In this document: positions 28,511 to 43,643 of the stretch, in pieces
Layout of the letters: each line of letters starts with the position of its first letter
Numbering within the stretch: position 1 is the stretch's first letter
DNA from: Chrysomallon squamiferum
Taxonomy: Eukaryota; Animalia; Mollusca
DNA: 64,000 bases
Direction of reading: 5' to 3'
Assembly (NCBI GenBank): GCA_012295275.1
Contig: CM022679.1
Location: 7,378,001 to 7,442,000 of the forward strand
Notes under the pieces: model-generated
What the model saw: only the letters and a program-made list of their open reading frames with translations
What the model was told of the DNA's origin: nothing
Database searches by the model: none
Program-made: the position numbers and the translations under genes

Positions 28511-31500
28511 GCGTAAAACAAATAAATTATTTACTCCATGTAATTCACTGACATTTAATATCATATTAACATATAAGACCAATAAAAACTGGTTATTTTG
28601 TAGGCCAAAAATAGTTTGCCTTCTTTATTACTCCCCTCCCCCCATAATCATCAACTTTTTCATTTCAACAGTTTTCCATTATAATCACGTACATTTGCCT
28701 GAATAAAAATGCAGCAATTTCTGAAAAAAAATTCAGAACAAATAAACAACCCCCCCCAAAAATATATATAAAACTTGAAACAAACAACAAACAATTACGG
28801 TATACAAACAAAAGGCAGAAAGGTTAAGGAAACAACTAAAAATATATAAGTTATATGCACGCTATAACCCCTGGCACTAAGTAATTTTTTTAATAAAAAA
28901 AAAAACTAATAAAAAAGTCTCAAATTGGAAAAAAACAACTAATAATAATAAAACTAAAATCCAGACATATATTCCATATCAAGGTGAAAAGTTCATCTAT
29001 CGCATTTGGTTTTATACACGGGAGAGATTTAATTTTTTTTTTTTTTTTTACACTTTTTCTTTTCTATTCTTATTTTTTCTTCTTCTTACTTTTTCTTTTT
29101 TTCTTTTCTTTTTATGAAACAAACTGACCTTTTGACCACACAAACCCATCACTGAATCTTACCCGTCGAGAAAGCTTGTTAGAACATGCATATTTGGCCA
29201 GATATATGTAGCTAATTAAATCAGTGGTATTGTCCCGGAGATCAAAGGTTGTCAACAAGAAGTGATTTGTAAGACTGGCAATAACTGGAAGTGTCGAACA
29301 CAAGCGACGTAGCAAAAGCAGCAGTGAAGGAGCAGACGAAATAATACGTTCTGCCCACACTGATGACAATGATTGCTCAACTCGACTCTTACTGCTGCAG
29401 GTTGGTCCTGTTATCTCTTGTTGCATTCAGTTATTGAATACCGGGTCCAACACTGGTTTTCTTGCTGGTGGCTTCATTTTCTTCAGTCGAAAGCTTTTAT
29501 TATTATTCCTGAAGATTTTTTTTTCTTCTTTCCTTTTTTTTTCTTTTTTTTTTTTTGGAGTTTGTACGATACCAGTGTGGTACAGTTTCATTAAAAAAAA
29601 AGAAAAAAAAGAAAAAAAAAAAGGGAGAAGATTTCACTCTTTTTCATCGCGCACTTGGATTCAGCTCTGAAATGGTTCACTACTGATTAAAATTTGGAAG
29701 TCTGGTTACTTTACACGAGGTGTTGCTTTCAAGAACACTAAATCGAAAGTTTATCCGTACTCAGAATTCTGAACTTATATTCGTTTAGAATGATATTTTG
29801 AGAATTTACTTACTTTTATTTGTTCAGTTATTTACAATTTATTTTACTTTGTTTTATTTTTATGCTGGTTTTCACTCATGTAAATACGGTTCAGTAATAA
29901 TGTTTGATTTGTTGGGAGTATTTTAACAAGAAAATCTGTAATTATTTAATTAAAATTATCTCTATTGTCCTATAATATATATAAAAAGTCAACAGTTTAG
30001 AGTGTTATTTATTTATTATATTTTTAATAAATAATAATAATAAAAAATAAATAACTAAAACTAAAAATTAAAATAATAATAGAATGTCACAAATGCCTAC
30101 GTAGTTTAAAAAATAAAATCAATCAAAATTTTCAAAATGCTCATCTCATCCCATCTCGGAGCGGCAAGTTATTACGAGGGGATTCAAATCTCAAACTAAC
30201 CGTTATGGCCGTCGTCAAGTCTCAATTATCTTGATAGGATATTTCACAGCCCATCGGCTTTTATTGGGAAAAAATGTATGACACAAGCTAGTTATAATGC
30301 AGATTAAGTCAAAACTGATCTTAAATGTTCTTTGAAACGTTTCTCAACTGCAATTTACGAGAAGCAACAGAGTTGAAACGTTATCCATTTAATAAGCTGA
30401 CACGATTGGCGATCCCTTTTAAAGCTTTTGGCTTGAAATAACAGAAACGAATCGCGAAGCAAAAAGCAACGTAAACGTCTTGGATATTCGAAGTGATCAA
30501 TAACACGCGCTATTACAGAGCTGGTTTACACACACTGCTGAGGCAGACATTTTCTTTCACACACAGCATCAGACGTGAAGTTTTTAGTCCCAGGCAGACA
30601 ATGTGGTCAGAATGAGACCGCGTTAAAACATCTTGATTTTGTTAAAAAAATAAAATAAAATATAATAAAAATAAAAAAACCCAAAACCACAGACAAACAT
30701 TGCCACAGATAAAAACAAAACAAAACAACAACTGCAACAAACAAACCAAAACAAAATAACAACAATTACAACCAAAAAAACCCCAACAACAATAACTTCA
30801 TTAAGACACTCTTTGATAACAAGTAATAAATAACACATCAATCTGTCTGTCTGTTTGTCTAATGATCCATCCATCCATCAACTCCGTTTGTCTTTCAGTC
30901 AATCTTATTTCATAAATACATTATGTAATATACATTGTATATTTTATGTAAGGCATTACAACTGATACGTATTATCTGGGAACGTTTGAACTTCTGCTCG
31001 CATTTTGTTCCTATATGTAAGTGGCAGGTCTACCAGTGGATGGTTTTGTATAATTTACTGAACTTGTTACAGCTCTACTTTTTGACAGAAGTCAAAACCA
31101 CCTCACTGTGCGTCATATATATTAATATATATTTTTTTTTTCAGTGTTTTTTTTTAATATACTTGTTATGAAGTATAATTTGAAGTTTAAAACATAAATA
31201 AATATTTTAGTAATAATAATAATAACAATAAAGATAAATAAATAAATAAATAAAACAAATTAATTAATTAACATAATAAATGCTACGTATAACTGAAATG
31301 TGCACTTAAGTTAGGGCTTCAGATTCTTACTGTAAAATATATCGTAATAATTACTATGGAAGTTGATGTCATTAGAAGAATCGACTACAATTTTCTGGAC
31401 ATTTTGGTGAATATTTTGCTACGATTTATTGTTCCGGAGCAGATATAAAATAACAACAACAACAACACAACAATGAAAAGAAAGAGCGATTGCTTAATTA

Positions 31501-32649
31501 GACAACTTGTAACTATGTGCCTTCATAAAAAGACTGTAAACAAAAATTTCAAGTGATTCGATTAAAAAGCTGATTGTCGACTTCAATGATTAGTTCAAGA
31601 CTACAAACACGCTGCAGATCATTTAACACAAAGATAGGATTATCTTTATGTAATTTCTAGTTACTTGCATCATTAAGCTACAGATAATTTTTTTTCTAAA
31701 TATCTTTGGAGAAATAAAATAATAAAGCTATGAAATAGCTTTCTTATATTCCTGTTTGTGGATATAAACAAGTTTAATAATTAGGTCACATGGGAAAAAC
31801 GAATACGATAATATATATATATTTATATATTCAGTGAACCTATTGTAAGAAGTAACTGTGTAGTAACAAAACTGAGCTGTTCAGAGATGTACGATATTAA
31901 CTAATTAGTTTAATTTTCTATATTATATAAAACATTTTGCTGTTTTAAATGTTGTCTGTGGACCAGCAATCCAGAAGCGCAACACTCTCTGAGAAGACAG
32001 TTTGTGTTAAAACGTACGTTCGGTTTTCTAAATAAATTTAATATATTCTAAGACAGAATTACATTCGTTTCTCGTGACCTGTCTTTGGTAATAATCAAAT
32101 ATGACAATAAAATTACAAGCTCGTGACTATGCATGGAGGACGGCATTTTCTCTTTTTTATCACGACCTCATTCTACTTACAGCAACGCAAATAAACCCTG
32201 ATAGACTGAGTAATTCCTATTAAAATCACTCCATCCTTAGGGATTTGTTTCCACACGTCTCTGTATGAAATGAAGTCATAATTGCACGAGAAATATCATC
32301 CTTCATGCGAGCTCGTTATTTTAGTGTCTTTGTTTATTATTAGAATAGACTAACCGCACGAAATGAATAAACAGTTTATCTAGGAAGTTTACAATATATA
32401 ATTAGACTATGAAACATACCTGATTCTAATTGTTTCACAACTCACACCAAAGGTGCCAAGATTCGATCAGGAAATGACTTGACCCAGATTACACCGTTTA
32501 TTCAGATTAGTGTTGACTGTGCTCGGATTTTGTAAACAGGTTTCTGTGAGAAGTGGAAAACTGCCATACTGGATGTTATACACCGTAAATATTGTCCTGT
32601 ATGTCATTGCTTGGGCAAATGTAATTGCCCGGAAGAAGAAACCAAACAG

Positions 32650-32694
<45 letters not shown>

Positions 32695-35600
32695 AAACTA
32701 GAAAATATTTTATAATATGATTTTATAATGTGATCGATAAAATTTAAAATTCACTTTTGACTTTCATGTATCGGATAACAGTTTATACTGAGGTAATAGA
32801 GACAGGAAATAAAATAAGTACATCTAAGCTAAAAGTGATATTTCTCCAAGTCAACACCCTTTTGTATGCAGTTGATAATTACTAGTATGTCTTTATCTTA
32901 TACACTAAAACAGAAACAATTAGGAATGTCATATAGAATTGATGTACATACATATTATACTAATAATTGTAAGACATTAAAAAAATAACATAAATTTTAT
33001 ATATTTTAGACGATGTTCTAAGGATATTTTCCTACATAAGACTCTAACGTACCATTTATCCCTTCATTTGTCTATTACTGGGTTAAATGAATGCAACATC
33101 TAAAAGTCATCGTATTAAATGAAAATTCCCCCATTGGGAATATTTGTTTATTTATTTCTTTTTCCTTTTTCTTTCTTTCTTTCCTTCTTTCTTTCTTTCT
33201 TATCATTAAAAAAAAAAAAAAATAATAATCTACATGATAACATTTTTATGTATGAAATAAAAAATAAAAAACTGAAATAAATAGAAACAAACATCTCTTA
33301 AACTCTATCTCGTGCGCATTTGCATCTTGATATGCTACATATTAACAGCTTTGTCCATTTGACTGATTGGAAAAGTACTAAAAACTGCCCAAGACAGTTG
33401 TATTGTCAACTGTATTGGACAAGTTGCCATAAAACCAAGCCACGGAAAGATTTTAGCTGATTAATCTATCACAAGATGGTAATAAAAGTACAGGACAGTC
33501 CACTAACTTAAGGCCAATATTATTTCATTGAGTTAGCACATTGTAGCCACGAAAATAATTCTCAGTCCTAAACGTCCTGCAGATCCGTGTTGTTTGGTGA
33601 ATTGAGGCGTGATTTTCTGAAAAAAAAGAAGATAAACAATAATTTGATTTTCAAAGTATAAAAGTAAAATTTGAACTATATTAAGCTTTTTAATTAATGT
33701 TACAGATATATATATAGTGTTCCAACACTAAGCTTCATCCAGCCTTATCATATGTCCCTCTTCTGGCTTGTCAAAGGAAAATGTAATTTAATGTATATGG
33801 TTACAAAAGAAAGTTTTCTGATAAGCAACAAAAATATCCTTGGAGTAATGGTAGCGGATTTCCTCTGCTCAAATCATCATTATAAAAAACTGATTTAACA
33901 CGCATTTCACGTTCATTCAAGAATGTACTTATGTTTCGTTAAAGATTCGTTCGTTAATTCAGTGCGTCTTTGACACATCGTTTATCTAACTGTAGCTAGT
34001 TAATCAAACACCACATCACTACGGATATTTACATATATTAAACACTGCAGTGAAGCCTACATACCACTAAAGGAAACAATGCACTTTTCTGGTTTGAGAA
34101 ATTACGTATGAATAATTCATTGTTAGTTGTCTGAACAAAGCGCCCTAGGCTACTGAATTCTTGTTTTACGACACAATTCATATTTTAAACTTGATTTCAA
34201 ACGTTTTTATTTTAAGAATCAAAGACCTCATCATCACGATAAAGCCATATTTAAAATTTACAATGGACTGGTTCAGCAAAGCCTGAGAAATCGTTCTGTA
34301 CTGTTTTGTATTTACATTATTTCTTAGTCTGAAGCCAATTCGTGATTTTTTTTTGTTATGAGAATCGAAACCGGTGTAATTTAATTGTATGGATTTTCCG
34401 ATCAAACATTTTTAGATTAGATCACTGTTTTAATTAGTATATCGCGAAACAGAACACGTGAATGATGTAAATGAGATTCCATACGCCTGAAATGGCAATT
34501 TGACCATTAAGGTCTTTCGAAATGTTTTAGAATATACATTAATGATATAGACCAATTTATGATAATAACGCTTCACTGATTAAATTAAACCTTGTCAATA
34601 TTTCTAGTTCCTGACGACCATCAAAGGGAATCAATAATGTTCTATGCCTAGATAGTTAAATGGATATAATCAGTTACTGTTATTCAAAAATCAAATATAT
34701 ATATATATAAGTCTGAAATCTGCCAAAAAGAATCGCTATAAATTTTTTTTTTTTCCCTGGGTCAAAGAAACCAATTATTTTACACATCAGTAAGATTTTC
34801 TTGTCTCAGTGTTTCAGGATTAAGCATTGATTTTGTTTGGGGTTTTTTCAATAAAAAAGTAAAAGGAATAAGGTATATGGCATTTTAACGATAATTGCTT
34901 TTGGAATAACAATGGCAACGTTGACAACAAGTAAAACAACAACACGATTCTCCATTTAACAACACGGTTATTTTGAAATTCGGGTATTGGTTATGTTATC
35001 AAGCGATAAAACTAAGACGTCATCAGTTTCTAATCTGTTTTATCAATCACCATTTTAACTGTTTTCCCATATATCTGGGTAATCGAAAAGCGAACACAGT
35101 GGAGTGGTTTCATGTCTAGTGTTATCTGTATCGAAGAAATCTTTGATACTAATATTACTACTGTATTAAAATAAACTGAGACTTCATTAACACATATTCC
35201 TTTAATTTAGCTATAGGGTTTTCTTCACAACAGTCTGTCGTCTATCCAGTTACACAATTACAGATATACTTTAAAATACTTCATAATAAAAACACACATA
35301 CGCACACACAAATGAATACACAGATACATGCACATATACATACATACTACGTACACAAGAATATACACACATACCCAGACATACATATATACATATATTC
35401 ATTATTAAAATGCTACATGATAAACACACAAACGCACACTCATACGCATACACAAACGCATACATACATGCATCATTACACGCTGTTCTCACATATAAAT
35501 CTTATTTTGCAGAAATCTCCATTCGTATAATTTTCCGTTTTTACATCAAACGTCTGAATTCTGTGATAAGGAAAAGATTAAAGTAATGAGTTCAAAAAAG

Positions 35601-37418
35601 TTTCAGGTGAAAATAACTTTAAAGCAGCGTGTTTCGTATTTCAGTGGAATCCCTTCGAGTGTAATACATCACCTTGTTAAACGCCTCGCTTTGAAATTTC
35701 ACTAGCGCAAGATAAACGATTAGAAGCCAAACTGACAAGTTCTGATTTATTCATTGATAATTTCACATATTCGGTGGCTTCATTTGCTCTACTGTCTACG
35801 GCATAAATGTGTACAGTAACAGATACACTTCTATCTACTGATGCTAGAAAGTCATTGACCATGGCCAAAAAAGCCAAATTTGATAAGAAGTTCTGTATTG
35901 CATCTGATGATCTGAAGCGTAGTACTTAACAAGATCAGTTCTCTTCAGACCGCGATAAGCTCTGTTTCTCGTTCGAACTGTTTCTCGTTCCACGCTGTGT
36001 TAAGTATACTTATGTAAAGTTCCTTTAACTGAACGTCCAGTGATGCTGTTCGCTATCACATCCATGTCCTCCACAATAATGATTTTATGTCTACGAACGG
36101 GCGCAAATAAAATAGTCCTTTCTGCAGCTGTGATATTAAAGGCAGCAAGTTTTCTTTCTATCATTATTATTATTATTATTTTTATTTTTATTTTTATTTT
36201 TATTTTTATTTTTATTTTTATTTTTATTTTTATTTTTTGTCGGTATGTACAGGCTTTACCATCCTTAGTGAAGTTACTAGCTAATGGAGTCCACTGATGA
36301 TGAAGAAGGGAATTCCTGTTTTACGTGATTATTAATCCTTTAACAGCTTTCTTCAGTAGTCTGGACTCTTGTCGCAGGGAGCGGACGTAAACCGTAAAAC
36401 AGAGATACACACATTAATCAAGCGCTGTGCTCGGCAGACGAATGCTAAAGGGAGAGAATCGAGTGCAGTCGGCGAAGGGGAACGTGTAAATCTGTGACTG
36501 GGCTAGGCACACGGCAGCCCCCAGCGTCTTCCAGTCGACAGAACTCGGACCCCGATGACATGACGACAGACAGACTGATAAAAATCGAGAGTTATAAAGC
36601 GAGATTCCCCGATGACTTTCATCTCGTGATTGTTCACAAATGATTAAATCTCGTCTTCATTATTTACAATGAGAGATTTTCAGCCATCAAGGTTATAATC
36701 TCCGTCGATGAACTGACATCAGACACAACCTGATCGGCGAAGCAATTGCCATTAACCATTATTTATATGTCTCCTAGAAGCCTTTCCGTTTCTGTGAGAA
36801 AAAAAAAGAGAGGAAGTTTTAATAAAAATTCTACGTCATGCAGTCTCTCGATTTTTCACTTTTAGCCTGGATGCAATAAAAAAACAACAACACCATAATA
36901 AATTAAAAAAAATTACAAGATGAAATAGAATATTACGAGATTATTAAGAAATATTATGATGATTTTGGTCAAACTTTCTTCCACAACAAAAAGGTCAGAT
37001 AATCCAAGTATTATTACTTTTTTTTTCTTTCTTTTTTCTTTGAAATACAAATAATAATAAAGTACTACTAAGTGACGCTATTCCTTTCATAATACAAACG
37101 CCATTGTATAAGACAGATTCAAGAGATATTTTTTTTTATATTTGTAATACATCTAAGAAAGATAAAAGAGCATACTTTATTTAATTTTATATCTTAGTAC
37201 AAAACATATTTCTAGTAGACTGAATGTTAAATGTAATAAAAACGTGTGTCCGTACTTCAAACTTACACATACAGAATGTTATGGTTTAAAGGGAATTCTT
37301 CAATTCATATAGATAATAACAAATTATTTGTAGTTACGGAAATAAAAACTTGACTGATTATGTTGTTCTTTCAGCAAAGTTCTTTTTAATTCTGGTTGTT
37401 TTTGTTATTATTATTATT

Positions 37419-37467
<49 letters not shown>

Positions 37468-39822
37468 GGTGAAGTACACTTCTTATCTTGCGTAGATGAC
37501 TTGTAGAACACAATTTTCCATTATGTTTTATTTTTGACATAACAGTTTTTAACTGCATAACTTACAACGTTAACTGTTAACGTTCGTCAAAGCACATTTA
37601 CGTGTTTATAACCTCGGAATTACAGCGCATGCTGAACGCGATCAGTAAACAGGTACCACGTCCTCAATCACAGCATCACTTCGACTTAACCGTGCTCTCA
37701 TATCATTAGATAGCCTCACGCCTTGAGCGGGCAATCAGTGACAGCGTGCATGTTATCAAGACAAACTTTAAAAGAAATATTATTGAGTTATTGCTTGTCA
37801 TTACAGTTAATGGCGGCACCGAGCAAACAAGTACACCAGAAAATGGCTTTTTGTGAGCAGCTAATGTCCGGATTATCGCACGCAACGAACGCGGTGTTAT
37901 TCAATTTCCACCCGCTTTTTTGGCAGGAATAAGGTGTTTGACAAGGAAGATCTGTCTCGTATGACGTCATAATTGCGTGCATCATGTTAGAGAAACGAGT
38001 AAGAAGAAAATCTCTGGGATAGGCCGAGTTCTAAATACGTATCTTTGTTCATTAAACTGTTAACGAAATATTAAAAAGAAGTCGATTCATGAAGATACTA
38101 TTTTTGTAAAACAACTGGGTTTTTTTTTAATATTGGTTCTCGATACACTTACTTTAAAAGAATCACTGTGGTGTCTTGAAACAGTCCTCGATAATTTGGA
38201 TATTTCGAGTTTCGCGGTGTTCGAGTATTCGAAATTCACATATTTACTGTACATTTCATTCTGCAATAAATGCACTCTTGCATATTTGGCAAACTAAGTA
38301 CGTTTCGATGGTTAATTTCAGTTAAATCAGTTGTCTGTGACCGTAAAACGACTTTGAAAAATAGAAGTATTCGACTATCGATTTTTAATTATTCGAAAGT
38401 CTTGTTACAAATTTATATAGAAGTTCGACAAGGAGCATAATTTCTTACAATCTTAGTGTCTAGATGCGCATTTATTGTGAACATGTATTGTCTATCCAGT
38501 AATTTGCAAACGAAATACTTTAATTTTTGCGGTTAACAGCTGGCTTTCAGATTATTTTTATAATGTTTAATTTAAGAAGGGTACTGAAACTTCACTGTTA
38601 TTACAGAGGCCGAGAAAAGGCGCATTACATCCGTCTGGTTCTATGTATTAAAAGACATAATGTAGTCAAACAACCATATATGAACCTGAGGCCGAAAAAA
38701 GATAATTATTTGGTTTATGTTATAAAATAATGCATTACATCCATTTCGCTCTATGCATTAAAAGACAAAATATTTATGAAACAAACTCAGCTGTTAATTC
38801 ATTTTTGTATTTCAGTAAATTTTTTTTTTAACAATGGTACACACAACTTCGGGTTACAATATTAGAGCCAGTAGGCGTGTCCAACAAACATTATCCAATA
38901 ATCATGTCGTCCTGTTAGCTCCGCCCTTTGTTTCATTTTCTCCGCCCTCTTCCTAAATATCGTAGCCAAATTATAAAATAAAATATTTATTAGTTCAGTT
39001 TGCACATCTGAAGATCAAACGTTATCGTTGTGACAGCTGATAAACACTGAGATGTATTAGTTTTATTTCGTAAACGAAATTCAAGCAAGAAAAAGGTTAC
39101 CAAAGTTCTGCGAGTCAATCCGCTGTCAAAAGTGATGAGTGAAACCTTCTTCGTAAATAACTCAGTGACATGTGAATATTAAGTTTTACACTGGGGATAA
39201 TCAGAGCAGTGTTTAGATAAGAAAATTAAAGAGAAATGTAAAATAAAATTTCATAACGGATTGAATATCAAATACGGTAATCATATTACATTTAATATAA
39301 AATGCATTAATGTAGTTAATATAAAGTACGGTATAGTATTTAATGTAAAAAAAAAAAAAAAAAAAAGAAGAAAAAAAAAAAAGGCAATGTATTTACTGCA
39401 AATTATTGGAACATATTTCTTTAATTTAAGGAAAAATTGTTTAAGATACATTGTCAAGTAGGATGAAACATTGGCGTCAAATATAAAATATATACTCGAT
39501 GTGTGGTACAATAATAATTATATTTGTTAAAAACGTTTTGAGGAAACGTACATTTTATAGGCAAAGACAAAATACACTGTAATTAATAAGCGTCTGCTTG
39601 ATATAATATATCGTAACTGAATTAAGTTTTGTTAGATTTTCATGAGTAAAATTTCTCTTATTTTCAAAAATAATTTAAAATCACTATGACTTTAACATTT
39701 AGTTAAATTGAATGATACATTAACATGTACAACAACATATTAGTAGTCTTATGGCAGTAAATCTTCGTCCACATTATCAAAATCATTACTATTACGATCA
39801 TCATTATTGTTGTTGTTGTTGT

Positions 39823-39856
<34 letters not shown>

Positions 39857-40206
39857 ACTGCTTCTGCTAATGTTATTACTGGTTCGAATTTTTATATGTT
39901 AATTGTAAAAGGAATGTGGGTCTTATCTGACAAACAATACAACTCATGACGTTTACCATCCATACACACACTTTAACATTCATTCGCTTACAAGAGTCAG
40001 TGAAGAGACTTTCTTTTTGTAGTATGCCACCCAAGAAGACATTAAATCTTTCGGAAGTTAAAGCATTCAGTCAATCCTTATAGTTGTTAAATTTATAAAA
40101 ATAATGTTTTATATCACGTATGTTATGTTAACAAATGGTTTTACTCCATACCCAGTCTTTGAGTCACAAGAATTTTTTACAAGAAAGTGAGAGAATAAAT
40201 AAATAA

Positions 40207-40270
<64 letters not shown>

Positions 40271-40898
40271 GTTGATGATGATGATGATGGTGCTGATAAT
40301 AAGATGATGAAGAAGAAGAAACAAAAAAAAAACAACAACAACAATGTAACAAGGCGAAAAGTAAAATGTTTTATTTATGAAATATTCCAGACCCAACGGT
40401 CAAAGTTTTAATCTTTAATACTTTGTTGTTGTTGAACGTTTGTTGTTGTTTTTTTTCTGTCCAAATACCACGAGAGGTCAGTAAGACCAAAATTGTTTAT
40501 ATATATATATATTTTTTTTTTTTTTTGCAAGATATATTTAGATTAATGCAAGAACAAACGCATCAACAGCACAATTACTAGTACAACCTCAAAAAATATT
40601 AAACCCTAAAAACCTCTTTGTAACGAATACCAGATTATTACATCTAATATCAACGTCGATAACCCGTTATAAAATACAATAAAACATTCACTTCAGATAT
40701 GAAAAACCGATACAACAAAGAAACTAGATGAGGCTTTGTATAATATCGGACACTTACTCTGACCCTAACAAGAAAGCGTTTAATATTATACACCATAAAT
40801 AACAATAATAAAAGTAAAGTAGTTCTTGCTAATCGCTACAGAAAATTTGTTTCAGGTTGTAAATGGTTATGAGACAAATATCGCTGAATATCAGTTCT

Positions 40899-41100
40899 TG
40901 GTCACGCAGTGGTTAAGGAATGGCCTTAAAACCGATAGCTTCTGGGTTCAATACTCGTACTGAATCTTATCAGAGCTAACTGGACCAGCATAAAAATCAT
41001 TCCATTGTTTCTTCACTCTAATTATTCAAACACGTTTGTAGACACACTGGTTTCTGGTTTGTGTGTGTTAAACAGTTTTACTGGAAACATTCGAGGTTAT
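40899..41100 (+). mobile_element. Degenerate tRNA-derived SINE head
   Basis: A-box-like TGGTCACGCAGTGGTTAAGG and B-box-like GGGTTCAATAC at tRNA-like spacing, without a complete cloverleaf. Confidence 0.55.
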
Positions 41101-42466
41101 AATGATTTTCAAATCGTTGATTGCTAAACACCGTAATGGTCCGTTATAATTCATTTTACGTAATCATTACTCTGCTAATCCAATAAAAGTGGTTTTGTAA
41201 TTATAATCAGATGCTTTTATTTATTTTCATCGCATATAATATTATTTTTATTTGTTTTTATTTACACAGTAAATGCTAAACATTTTATCAGATCCATCAT
41301 TTCTGATAAAGAGAGAAAGAGAGGAAGAATATTTTCCTATACCATGCGTAAAAGTAGAAGAAAAAAAAAAGAGTTCGGTATTTGGAGTATCTAATAGACA
41401 AATAAACGTATTATTTTTTTGTAGGATAATATGTATATGTATATAAATGTAAATGTATTCATATTTTTAACTGTATAGAAAATACATTTGTCTTTTAATA
41501 AGCATTAGGAAGGATTTTTTTATTTATATATATATATTAAGTTAGTTTACATTTTGCGTTTATTTTCTTGACCTTGTAATAAGCGTTTGTTCACGTAATA
41601 ATAATGTCGTACACTATTTTTTTATATATAACATTCTAGGATGTTAAAAGATTAGCAGAAGTGATTTGAAATAAGACCGTGTATGTGAGTGGTGCAGAAA
41701 ATCTGAACCTACGCATTTATTGAAGGATACGGTTTATTTAGCTGTAAATGATGCCTTTAAAAGAAAAATAAATGTCATGGAATGTGTTTACTGTAGTGTG
41801 CAAATCACTTAATGCATTGCCGTTCTGCTAACACAGATTAATAATATCTAATTTTCTCTTCATTTTTTTTTTCTTTTTTTTTCAAATGCACTCTGCAGCA
41901 CATTCTTAATTTCAGAAGTGTGGGATTTGAATTGGAACTAGAATGTAAGAAAGCTGAATGTGAATAGCAGTGGAAACGTGCGGTTTGATGAAAAAGATTG
42001 CTTAGAATAAAAAAAATTCTGCTTCAAATATTCATTAAAAAGTACAGCACAAAATGATCAAAACAGATGCAGAAAAACTTTCCAATTAGTGTTTTTGCAG
42101 AAGTAGTGACCTAAATTTAAAATGAAAAAAATGCCAGCAATTCATCAAGTAGATACATTTTATCTGTAATTAATTAACTGAAATGGTCTCCAAACGAACA
42201 CAAAATGTAACCGTTTGATTGTGGAATTAACAAAATTAGGACAGTTTATTATCAACTTTTTGTCAGTAACAATTAATAATAATTTTTTATTATTATTATT
42301 TTTTTCTCTCCAATTTATGGAGATGTTACAACCGAATAGAATTGATTTAAGTGGAGCTGAGTCGAAGTGAACTATTTAACGTTAATCAATTAAGAATACA
42401 AAAACAAATAAATTGAAATGTATTGTCGTAATTTGTATTTACGTTAAAAAATAATAATAATAATAT

Positions 42467-42497
<31 letters not shown>

Positions 42498-42633
42498 TAA
42501 TAATAAATAAATAAATAAATTAAAAAAAAAAGAAAAATAATAATTAAAAGTAACAGTTTTGTATAGTGATTCTCTATATATATTCAATTTGTCTAGCTAG
42601 TCCGATGTGCCATGTAGTGCTAGAACTTAAGTT

Positions 42634-42659
42634 GTTCGGATTATCGAGATCTAACTGTA
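42634..42659 (-). mobile_element. pogo/Tigger-like terminal inverted repeat relic
   Basis: Reverse complement TACAGTTAGATCTCGATAATCCGAAC gives a TA target site plus a CAGT-starting terminus. Related TCGA-rich decayed sequence lies at about 38180-38420. No partner TIR was found. Confidence 0.35.
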
Positions 42660-43108
42660 TCAACCCCACTTACAAACAAACATACTCGGTGATAATTGTG
42701 GTTAAGGGGTTGTTTTTTTGTTGTTGTATCTAGCTGTGCTAATAATGATTTTTTTTTTCTTATGTGAATAACAACTGCAAAAGTTACAAGGTCCATGATT
42801 TTTATCATCATCGTTTCGTTATTATTATTATTATTATTATTAAGTTTAGAAAATTATTTTTCATAAACAGTTCTTTGTAGTAATACTAAAACCTCAAAGA
42901 GATTTGGCGGAGAAAATGAGCTGACAGAGACTGTTGATATCCGAACCATTAACACTGCTATCGCCTATATCTTCTCTCTAAAGACGTTTACTCTCAGATT
43001 TTGACACATGATTCTTCTCTGAATACGAAAACGTCGTTTTTCGAAATCTTCTCTACTTTAGTAATCTTCTTAAGTTACTTGTTCTTTATCTTCTTAGCGT
43101 CCTAAAAA

Positions 43109-43127
43109 GTGGCGCCATCTGATGGTC
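43109..43127 (-). promoter_or_regulatory. Putative CTCF site
   Basis: Reverse complement GACCATCAGATGGCGCCAC closely fits the CTCF core CCASYAGRKGGCRC. Confidence 0.5.
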
Positions 43128-43249
43128 GAAAAAAAGGCGATCATCTGACAATGAAATACCGTGGCCTAATGGAGCCAAAATTCAATCTGATGTATGAATG
43201 CCTCTGGGAAAACAAATGTTCAAAGGCTTAGAGCGGATTTTTGGCTTTT

Positions 43250-43643
43250 CACTTTGCGACGAGACCGGGCGTGCGTCGCTTCCCGACAGCAAGGTGGTTG
43301 CGGCTGAACGACGGAAGTGTCTGGTATTGGCTAAAACCCGTGCCCGACCGCTAATGTAAGAAAATGACTTTTCGCTTTGATAGGCGCCGACAGCTTGTTG
43401 CTTGCTCCCGGCGCACGCGGCTCGATGGACTACTTTTCCTGTTTCGCTGCACGAATTTCTTCGAAAGCGAAACAGCAGTTGGTGCTGGTCAGTTAGAAGT
43501 GGGTTATTTTTTTATATTTTTTTTGGTACACAGTTTAGACATTGGACAAGCAGGTGCAGATTTTCCGACGTTCAGATTTAGTGACTAATTACACTTTATA
43601 AGAAAAAAAAAGTTTCTTTAACACAGGAATATTGTTTAAAAAG
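43250..43643 (+). promoter_or_regulatory. Probable promoter and non-coding first exon of an unidentified + strand gene
   Basis: CpG/GC-rich patch with ETS site ACGGAAGTG (43311), reverse CCAAT (43326), Inr-like TCAGTT (43489) and a strong donor AAG|GTAAGT at 43643/43644. Confidence 0.45.

Noticed and set aside
35640-36160. Coding-like stretch on the minus strand (66-aa ORF and neighbours)
   Set aside because: Stops interrupt all frames I translated and I recognise no motif; it may be an old transposon fragment but I cannot support that.
40899-40965. tRNA gene
   Set aside because: A and B boxes are degenerate and the acceptor and anticodon stems do not pair; treated as a SINE head.
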